A stretch of DNA of 15,549 nt from Chthoniobacteraceae bacterium (lineage in GTDB: Bacteria > Verrucomicrobiota > Verrucomicrobiia > Chthoniobacterales > Chthoniobacteraceae). Made by a program: the position numbers and the translations under genes. The stretch is taken from the NCBI GenBank assembly GCA_031409335.1, contig JANNWY010000063.1, forward strand, positions 1-15,549, read 5' to 3'. The notes beneath the pieces were generated by a model. That model saw only the letters and a program-made list of their open reading frames with translations, had not been told where the DNA came from and made no database searches. This document shows, one piece after another, positions 1 to 6,961 of this stretch. The stretch's first letter is position 1, and each line of letters begins with the position of its first letter.

Positions 1-1
1 C

Positions 2-1024
2 ATTCGTGTCGAAGAAGTAGAGCGACCCCATGCCGGAGTCGGCGAGGCGGTGATCCGCGTGACTTTGACCACGATCTGCGGCACCGACCTCCACATCGTG
101 CGCGGGGAGTATCCGGTGAAGCCGGGCCTCGTCATCGGGCATGAACCGGTGGGCGTCATCGAGGAACTCGGGCCGGGTGTGACTGGATACGAAGTGGGCG
201 ACCGCGTGCTGGTCGGCGCTGTTACCCCGTGCGGCCAATGCCGCGCGTGTCTTTCCGGACATCTCTCTCAATGCGGACACGGCGACGGCTATGAAGCTTT
301 GGGCGGATGGCGATTCGGCAATACGATCAACGGCGCGCAGGCTGAATATCTTCTCGTGCCGTCTGCTCAAGCCAACCTGGCGAAGATTCCTGACGGCTTG
401 ACGGACGAGCAAGTCGTCCTGCTCTCCGACATCGCTTCGACGGGAATCTCCGGTGCGGAGGCAGCGCCAGTGCGAATCGGCGATGCGGTCGTGGTGTTCG
501 CGCAGGGGCCGATTGGCTTGTGCGCCACAGCCGGTGCCAAGCTGATGGGTGCTTCGCTGATCATTGGAGTGGATGGCGACGAAACCCGGTTGGCGATGGC
601 GCGGCGCATGGGCGCCGATGTGGTCCTGGACTACCGCGCCGTGGATGTGGTGGCCGAAGTCAGACGTCTGACGGGCGGCGGAGCGGATGTGGCCATCGAA
701 GCCTTGGGCACGCAGCAAACCTTTGAAGGCGCGCTGCGCAGCCTCCGACCTGCCGGCACGCTTTCGAGCCTCGGCGTTTACTCCGGGAAACTACAAATGC
801 CCTATGACGCTTTCTCAGCGGGCCTCGGCGATCAACGCATCGTCACCACGCTCTGTCCCGGCGGGAAAGAGCGGATGCGACGACTGCTGAGTCTGGTGCA
901 ATCAGGGCGGTTCGATCCGACTCCGCTCATCACCCACCGCTTCTCGTTGGAGGAAATTCCCCAAGCCTACCAACTCTTCGGCGACCGCTCGGACGGCGTT
1001 CTGAAGGTCGCGATCAAACCGTAG
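2..1024 (+). CDS. Zn-dependent medium-chain alcohol dehydrogenase (MDR family), 5' end outside window
   Basis: Frame is open from base 2 (IRVEEVERPHAGVGEAVIRV...), so the GTG at 50 is probably not the start. Catalytic Zn motifs CGTDLH and GHEPVG, structural Zn CGQCRAC..C, Rossmann-like AQGPIG, C-terminal VLKVAIKP. Confidence 0.93.
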   Translation: MRVEEVERPHAGVGEAVIRVTLTTICGTDLHIVRGEYPVKPGLVIGHEPVGVIEELGPGVTGYEVGDRVLVGAVTPCGQCRACLSGHLSQCGHGDGYEALGGWRFGNTINGAQAEYLLVPSAQANLAKIPDGLTDEQVVLLSDIASTGISGAEAAPVRIGDAVVVFAQGPIGLCATAGAKLMGASLIIGVDGDETRLAMARRMGADVVLDYRAVDVVAEVRRLTGGGADVAIEALGTQQTFEGALRSLRPAGTLSSLGVYSGKLQMPYDAFSAGLGDQRIVTTLCPGGKERMRRLLSLVQSGRFDPTPLITHRFSLEEIPQAYQLFGDRSDGVLKVAIKP

Positions 1025-1498
1025 CTCATGGAACCGGTTCCGCCGCAGCCGACGAAAACAGCTTGGCACAGCCAGTCTGCCGAGGAAGTGCTGGCGCAGC
1101 TTGGCTCCACAGCGACCGGACTTTCTGCCGCCGAAGCAGCACAACGCCTCGCCGCTGATGGCCCCAACGAGCTGAAAGAAGGCAAGCGCATCAGCCCGTG
1201 GCAGATTTTCTTCGGCCAGTTTAAGAGCCTCATCATCTGGATTCTCATCGTCGCCGGCGTGATCTCTGGCGTGCTCGGGGAGGTGGTCGATGCCATCGCC
1301 ATCCTCGCCATCGTCGTCCTCAACGCGGTGATCGGCTTCTACCAGGAGTTCAAAGCGGAGCAGTCCATCGCGGCGCTCAAGAAAATGACTGCGCCGCAGG
1401 CCAAGGTGCGACGCGACGGAAAGGTTACTGCCATTCCTGCCTCGGGCATCGTGGCGGGCGACATCCTCGCATTGGAAGCAGGCGACTTGGTCGCGGCG
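1006..1498 (+). repeat. Diverged direct repeat, copy 1 (ADH 3' end plus ATPase 5' end); copy 2 at about 5043-5491
   Basis: 45-nt exact match 1316-1360 = 5310-5354. ggtcgcgatcaaacc (1006-1020) versus ggtcgtgatccaacc (5043-5057). Other differences are mostly at third codon positions. Confidence 0.88.
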
Positions 1499-3754
1499 GA
1501 TGCGCGGCTCCTGGAAGCGGCTTCGCTCAAGTGCATCGAAGCGGCGCTGACCGGCGAGTCGGAAGCGGTGACGAAGCAGCCCGCGACGTTGGAGCAGGGC
1601 GAGGTCGAACTCGGCGACCGCGAGAACATGTTATTCATGGGCACGAGCATCGCGGCGGGCACGGGTCTCGCCGTTGTCGTGGCCACGGCGATGAAGACCG
1701 AGCTGGGCCGCATCGCCGGACTGATCGCCGAAGCCGGGGCGGAAGGGGCCACGCCGCTGCAAAAGAAGCTGGATTCGTTCGGCCGCATCCTTGTCTGGGT
1801 CACGCTGGGCATCGTCGTGCTCCTCTTCGGACTGGGGCTGCTGCGCAAGACGGAACCCTTTGAGTTGTTCATGACGTCGGTGAGTCTCGCCGTGGCCGCT
1901 GTGCCGGAGGGGCTGCCCGCCGTGGTCACCGTGGCACTCGCGCTCGGAGTCATGCGCATGTCCCGCCGTCGCGCGCTCGTGCGCAGACTGCCCGCCGTCG
2001 AAACGCTCGGCTCCACGAACGTGATCTGCACGGACAAGACCGGCACTCTCACCGTCGGCGAAATGACGGTGCGCGCGCTCCATGTCTCAGGCCAAAGCTA
2101 CGAAGTCACCGGCGAAGGCTACGGGCCGGACGGCGAGGTGCGCTTCGAGGGCAGGAAGGTGGAAGCGCCGCACACGCCACCACTGCTCGAACTCGCGAGC
2201 GTCCTCCTCGGCTGCAACAACTCCCATCTCGTGCAGGAAGAAGGAGCCTGGAAAACCATTGGCGATCCCACCGAAGGCGCGCTGCTGGCCGCGGGGCTCA
2301 AAGCCGGCGGCGACCGCGAACGCATCGAGCGGGAACTGCCGAAGCATCACGAGATCCCTTTCGATTCCGACCGCAAACTGAGCGCTGTCATTCGCAAGAT
2401 GCCGGACGGAAAGCTCCGCGCCTTCATCAACGGCGCGCCTGACGTGCTGCTCAAACTCTGCACCCATCTCTACACTAGCAGCGGAGTCCGCCCCATGACG
2501 GAGGAGGATCGCCAGAACCTCGCGGCGCAAAACACCGCGCTGGCGCAGCAAGCCCTGCGCGTGCTCGGCTCGGCCTGGCGCGATCTGGACAAGGCCGCTC
2601 CCACCGACCTCACCCCGGAAGCCGTGGAGCACGATCTCGTGTTCGTCGGCCTGACGGGAATGTATGATCCGCCGCGTCAGGAAGCCAAGGAAGCCCTTGC
2701 GAAATGTCGCGCCGCCGGCATTCGCGTGGTGATGATCACTGGCGACCATCCGCACACGGCGACGGCCATTGCGCGGGAAATCGGCATCGCTTCAGACGGG
2801 GACGTGGCCGTCGCGGGTGTCGAATTGGACAGGATGTCCGACGACGAACTCCGCCAGCGCGCACCCAAAATCGCCGTTTATGCCCGCGTCACCGCCGAGC
2901 ACAAATTGCGCATCATCCGCGCGTGGAAAGCGAACGATGCGGTGGTTGCCATGACCGGCGACGGCGTGAACGACGCCCCCGCCATCAAAGGTGCCGACAT
3001 CGGCATCGCCATGGGAAAAGCGGGCACGGAAGTCACCAAGCAGGCGGCGGACATGATTGTCACCGATGACAACTTCGCCAGCATCGTCGCCGCTGTGGAA
3101 GAAGGGCGCGGCATCTACGACAACATCCGCAAGACGCTCCAATACCTGCTCGCGGGCAACTGCGGCGAGCTGCTGCTCATGACCGCGGCGATCATCATGG
3201 GATTGCCGATGCCACTGCTCGCGATCCATTTGCTGTGGATCAATCTCGTCACCGACGGCCTCCCCGCGCTGTGTCTCGCCACCGATCCGATCGACCCGGA
3301 TGTGATGAAACAACCGCCGCGCGCGCGGCAGGAAAGCATCACCGATGGGGGCTTCCTGCGCACCATGTTCCTCACCGGCGCGCTGACCGCCGGCGTTTCC
3401 TTCGCGGTGTATCTCTACGCCCTGCAGACCGGGTCGATCGAAACGGCGCGCACCTCCGCCTTTGCCACGCTTGTCTTCGCCGAGTTGCTGCGTTCCTTCG
3501 GCGCCCGCAGCGAGACGCGCCCGCTGTGGCGGATCAACCTCCTCTCAAACCTCAACCTCCTCGTCGTCGTCACGATTTCGTTCAGCATCCAAGTCTGGAG
3601 TCATCACAACGCCTGGCTCGCTAGTTTCCTCAAGACCTCGCTGCTCTCGGTGAGCGACTGCCTGATGCTTCTCGCGGTTTCGACCGTGCCGCTTCTCGTC
3701 ATCGAAGCACGGAAGGCCTTCATCCACCGGCGCGCGGCGCAGCCTCCGGCATAA
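1028..3754 (+). CDS. Cation-transporting P-type ATPase, type IIA (SERCA/PacL-like, probably Ca2+), 908 aa
   Basis: TGES, PEGL, DKTGT, DPPR, MITGD and GDGVNDAP motifs; TM5 GNCGE, TM6 NLVTD, TM8 FAE. Starts 3 nt after the ADH stop. Confidence 0.96.
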   Translation: MEPVPPQPTKTAWHSQSAEEVLAQLGSTATGLSAAEAAQRLAADGPNELKEGKRISPWQIFFGQFKSLIIWILIVAGVISGVLGEVVDAIAILAIVVLNAVIGFYQEFKAEQSIAALKKMTAPQAKVRRDGKVTAIPASGIVAGDILALEAGDLVAADARLLEAASLKCIEAALTGESEAVTKQPATLEQGEVELGDRENMLFMGTSIAAGTGLAVVVATAMKTELGRIAGLIAEAGAEGATPLQKKLDSFGRILVWVTLGIVVLLFGLGLLRKTEPFELFMTSVSLAVAAVPEGLPAVVTVALALGVMRMSRRRALVRRLPAVETLGSTNVICTDKTGTLTVGEMTVRALHVSGQSYEVTGEGYGPDGEVRFEGRKVEAPHTPPLLELASVLLGCNNSHLVQEEGAWKTIGDPTEGALLAAGLKAGGDRERIERELPKHHEIPFDSDRKLSAVIRKMPDGKLRAFINGAPDVLLKLCTHLYTSSGVRPMTEEDRQNLAAQNTALAQQALRVLGSAWRDLDKAAPTDLTPEAVEHDLVFVGLTGMYDPPRQEAKEALAKCRAAGIRVVMITGDHPHTATAIAREIGIASDGDVAVAGVELDRMSDDELRQRAPKIAVYARVTAEHKLRIIRAWKANDAVVAMTGDGVNDAPAIKGADIGIAMGKAGTEVTKQAADMIVTDDNFASIVAAVEEGRGIYDNIRKTLQYLLAGNCGELLLMTAAIIMGLPMPLLAIHLLWINLVTDGLPALCLATDPIDPDVMKQPPRARQESITDGGFLRTMFLTGALTAGVSFAVYLYALQTGSIETARTSAFATLVFAELLRSFGARSETRPLWRINLLSNLNLLVVVTISFSIQVWSHHNAWLASFLKTSLLSVSDCLMLLAVSTVPLLVIEARKAFIHRRAAQPPA

Positions 3755-3874
3755 ATGAGGCTGCGCGGAAGTGCGGGCTACGGTCGAGGAGTTCATGCAG
3801 CCGACGGCGGCGCGCTTCAATTCGACGGTCAGTGCGTTTGCGCTGACACCGCGCGCGGTGGCGAGAATTGTCGG

Positions 3875-3958
3875 GCTGCTGCCATGAACTTCAGCTCCGT
3901 CTCCGTCATCGCCAACGCGCTGCGCTTGCGCTTTGTCTTATCCGACCCACATCCTTGA
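3875..3958 (+). pseudogene. Remnant of the last TM helix of a heavy-metal P1B-type ATPase (CopA-like)
   Basis: Translates AAAMNFSSVSVIANALRLR...TGA, matching the characteristic Cu+-P1B C-terminal pattern AAAMxxSSVSVxxNALRL. The stop lies 2 nt before the next ATG. The upstream part of ORF 3755..3958 shows no ATPase similarity. Confidence 0.75.
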
Positions 3959-3960
3959 AC

Positions 3961-5034
3961 ATGAACGCCCGTTTCCCCATCGCCGCCGTGGTCATTTCGT
4001 TGCTCGCCGCCAGCGCGGGTGCCGCACCTGTGGATATTCTCCCGCCCGGATTGCGCGGCGCGGTGCAGCCGCAGATCGCTGTTGCGCCGTCGGGGCGCAT
4101 CCATGTCGTGTTTGGAAAAGATAACGCCGTCTATCATACGACCTCGCCGGATGGGCTCGCGTTTTCCGCACCGGTGAAAGTCGGCGAACTCGAAAAACTC
4201 GCGCTGAAAATGCGACGCGGCCCGCGCGTCACCGCGACGGACAAGCTCGTGCTCGTCACCGCCATTTCGCACATTGACGGCAACGTCCACGCCTGGACTT
4301 CCGGCGACACCGGCAGGACGTGGAAGGAAAACGCTCACCTGAACACCGTGCCGAAATCCGCGCGGGAAGGCTTGCAGGCGCTCGCGGGCGACGGGCGCGG
4401 CCTCGTCGCCGCCATGTGGCTCGACTTGCGCGGCAAGGGCACGGAGCTGTGGGGCCGCGTCTCGCGCGATGGCGGCGCGACGTGGGCCGACGAGGTTTCG
4501 ATTTACCAATCGCCCGACGGCCACATCTGCCAGTGCTGCGTGCCGGTCGCCGCCATTTCACCCACTGGCGAAATCGCCGCCATGTGGCGCAACTCGCTCG
4601 ACGGCTCACGCGATCTCTACATGGCCACGAGCCGCGACGGACGAACCTTTTCCCCCGCACAAAAGCTCGGCACCGGAACATGGAAGCTCAACGGCTGCCC
4701 GATGGATGGCGGCAGCCTCGCCTTCGGACCGGCCGGAAACTGGCTCGCCGTCTGGCGGCGCGAGCGCACGGTCTTTGCCAGCGAGGCGGGCACGCCCGAA
4801 AGGCAGCTCGCTGCCAATGCCGTCCAACCCATCGCCGCCTACGCGGGCAAGACGCCGCTCGTTCTGTGGGAAGCCGATGGCGCGCTGATGCTCCAGCGCG
4901 GTACGGAAGCGCCCGCGCGCTTCGCGGAAAATGCCGCCGCCGCCAGCGTCGTCAGCGGCACGGAGACGGCGATCGTCGCTTGGGAGGGCACCGTGAATGG
5001 AGCGAAAACCATCCTGCTGGATCGGGCGCGCTGA
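3961..5034 (+). CDS. Secreted BNR/Asp-box repeat (sialidase-fold-like) protein with CQCC and GCP motifs, 357 aa
   Basis: ATG 3961 begins a signal peptide (MNARFPIAAVVISLLAASAGA). Asp-box repeats SPDGLAF, SGDTGRTW, SRDGGATW, SRDGRTF; HICQCC and WKLNGCPMDGG motifs. Confidence 0.85.
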   Translation: MNARFPIAAVVISLLAASAGAAPVDILPPGLRGAVQPQIAVAPSGRIHVVFGKDNAVYHTTSPDGLAFSAPVKVGELEKLALKMRRGPRVTATDKLVLVTAISHIDGNVHAWTSGDTGRTWKENAHLNTVPKSAREGLQALAGDGRGLVAAMWLDLRGKGTELWGRVSRDGGATWADEVSIYQSPDGHICQCCVPVAAISPTGEIAAMWRNSLDGSRDLYMATSRDGRTFSPAQKLGTGTWKLNGCPMDGGSLAFGPAGNWLAVWRRERTVFASEAGTPERQLAANAVQPIAAYAGKTPLVLWEADGALMLQRGTEAPARFAENAAAASVVSGTETAIVAWEGTVNGAKTILLDRAR

Positions 5035-5063
5035 GACAGCGCGGTCGTGATCCAACCAGCGCA

Positions 5064-5561
5064 ATGGAACCGTCACTGCCGCAGCTTGCCAAGGAAGCCT
5101 GGCACAGCCAGTCTGCCGGGGAAGTGCTGGCAAAGCTCAGCTCGGCTGCGACCGGACTTTCGGCGACGGAAGCAGCGAAGCGCATCAGCGCGCTGCAAAT
5201 TTTCCTTGGCCAATTCAAGAGCCTCATCATTTGGATTCTCATCGTGGCGGGTGTCGTCTCCGGTGTGCTGGGGGAAATGGTGGATGCCATCGCCATCCTC
5301 GCCATCGTTGTCCTCAACGCGGTGATCGGCTTCTACCAGGAGTTCAAAGCGGAGGAGTCCATCGCGGCGCTCAAGAAGATGACCGCGCCGCAGGCCAAGG
5401 TGCGGCGCGACGGGCGCGTCACTGCGATTCCCGCGGCGGGCATCGTGGCGGGCGATGTGCTCGAACGCGAGGCCGGCGATCCCGTCGCGGCGCGCCGGGC
5501 GGCGCAATTCCCCGGAGGCGGAGAAGCGGAAGGGCTTGGCAAAGACGAACCCAACGTCTGA
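5064..5561 (+). pseudogene. Truncated, diverged copy of the N-terminus of the ATPase at 1028
   Basis: MEPSLPQLAKEAWHSQSAGEVL...AGDPVAA aligns with residues 1 to about 157 of ATPase 1, with a 14-codon in-frame deletion. Similarity stops near 5490, before TGES; no catalytic domains are present. Confidence 0.9.
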
Positions 5562-5581
5562 GACTGTGTTTTCGGAATTGA

Positions 5582-6229
5582 ATGAAACCGTCTCACTCGC
5601 GTTGGTGTCGCATTGTTCTAACTGGCGGGCCGGGCGGTGGGAAAACGACCGCGGCTGATCTCTTCCGGCGCGAGATCGGCGACCGGGTGGTGCTCGTGCC
5701 GGAGGCGGCGACGATTCTTTTCCAGGGTGGTTTTCCGCGTTCGCGCGAACCGCACGCGCGGCGGTTTGCGCAGACGGCCATCTTCCAGGTGCAGCGCGAT
5801 TTGGAGGATGTGCAGGCATCTTTGTATCCCGGGCGCGCGTTGCTTTGCGACCGCGGCACCATCGACGGCGCGGCTTACTGGCCGGGCGAGGCGCACGACT
5901 ACTTTCACGCGGTTGGCACGACCTTCGATGCGGAACTCCGGCGCTACGATGCGGTGATTTTCTTTGAATCGGCGGCGGTCGGCGGCGCTTCGATCGAAGG
6001 GGGGAATCCCATGCGCAACGAATCCGTCAAGGAGGCCGTCGCGCTCGATGCCAGGCTGCGGTCGCTGTGGTCGCGCCACCCGCGTTTCGTCCTCGTGCCG
6101 CACAATCCTTCCTTCTTCAAAAAGATCACGTTCGGACTCGCCGCGCTCGAAAGCATGGTGGCGCTGCTCGCCCAAGACCGGGCGCGTCCCGGATCGCGCA
6201 AGGGTCGCACGCGGAACGGTGGCCGCTGA
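5582..6229 (+). CDS. P-loop NTPase, NadR/Ttd14 AAA_28-like (nucleotide-kinase fold), 215 aa
   Basis: RIVLTGGPGGGKTT Walker A, VPEAAT, LLCDRGTIDG and RYDAVIFF motifs typical of the family. Confidence 0.8.
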   Translation: MKPSHSRWCRIVLTGGPGGGKTTAADLFRREIGDRVVLVPEAATILFQGGFPRSREPHARRFAQTAIFQVQRDLEDVQASLYPGRALLCDRGTIDGAAYWPGEAHDYFHAVGTTFDAELRRYDAVIFFESAAVGGASIEGGNPMRNESVKEAVALDARLRSLWSRHPRFVLVPHNPSFFKKITFGLAALESMVALLAQDRARPGSRKGRTRNGGR

Positions 6230-6315
6230 TGACCACGCCAGAAATCTGTCACCAGCTTTCGGCGGATGAACTATTCGCCCGGCGCGGGCTTGTCGTCCGC
6301 CCGGCGCTGCGGTGA
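6229..6315 (+). pseudogene. Possible remnant of a P-type ATPase N-terminus (28 codons)
   Basis: ATG overlaps the upstream stop (TGATG). MTTPEICHQLSADELFARRG resembles the N-termini NWHQLPAHEAAERLE and AWHSQSAEEVLAQLG of the two intact ATPases. Confidence 0.5.
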
Positions 6316-6347
6316 CTGTTTTCCGAAATCAAAATTTAACCACTCCC

Positions 6348-6905
6348 ATGAAACGCCGATCCATCACCAAGTCCAAAGCCGCCAAAACCGCCCCCACACC
6401 GCCGACCTTCGCAGTGACGCTGAAACAGATCCTCGTGCCCACCGATTTTTCCCCGACCTCGGGCAAGGCGCTCGAATACGCAGGAGCACTCGCGACTCAG
6501 TGCAACGCCACCGTCACCCTCCTCCACATCGCCGAAGTCGGCTCGCCCGGCTACGAGCACGGGGCGGGCGATTTTCCACGCATGGAGACGCAGCTTCGGC
6601 GCGCCGCGGAAAAGCAGATCGCGGACTGTCTGCACGGCAACCTCGCGGTCGAGTTCATGGTCGGACGCGGTTGGCCGTTCGGCGGCAAACGCGCCTATCA
6701 CGAGATCATCGAGACGGCGCGCCGGCAGCACGCGGACCTGATCGTCGTTTCGACGCACGGTTTCACGGGGCTGGATCATTTGATCATGGGCAGCACCGCC
6801 GAGCGCGTCGTCCGACACGCACCGTGCCCGGTGCTGGTCGTGCGTCCGTGCGAGCATGAGTTCATCCAGCCCAAGGCGGCGCGGCGCGGAAAGTCCGCAG
6901 CCTGA
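6348..6905 (+). CDS. Universal stress protein (UspA domain), 185 aa
   Basis: ILVPTDFS...ADLIVVSTHGFTGLDHLIMGSTAERVVRHAPCPVLVV. ATG at 6348 follows an AT-rich leader; GTG at 6312 is an alternative start. Confidence 0.93.
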   Translation: MKRRSITKSKAAKTAPTPPTFAVTLKQILVPTDFSPTSGKALEYAGALATQCNATVTLLHIAEVGSPGYEHGAGDFPRMETQLRRAAEKQIADCLHGNLAVEFMVGRGWPFGGKRAYHEIIETARRQHADLIVVSTHGFTGLDHLIMGSTAERVVRHAPCPVLVVRPCEHEFIQPKAARRGKSAA

Positions 6906-6961
6906 ACCCAACCCACCGCCCCGCGCTGGTCGTTTGGCCGCCGGTGGAGTAGTCGTCATCG

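Noticed and set aside
3868..3960. Cys-containing upstream extension of the BNR ORF
   Set aside because: The signal peptide starts at ATG 3961; this DNA is better explained by the CopA relic in another frame.
4320..5063. Arg-rich N-terminal extension of ORF 4320..5561
   Set aside because: Off-frame overlap with the BNR gene; homology to ATPase 1 starts at ATG 5064.
5536..5565. TTGGCA plus agacg-N7-cgtct dyad as a sigma54 or MerR-type promoter
   Set aside because: No -12 TTGC at sigma54 spacing, no convincing -10, and only 5-bp arms.
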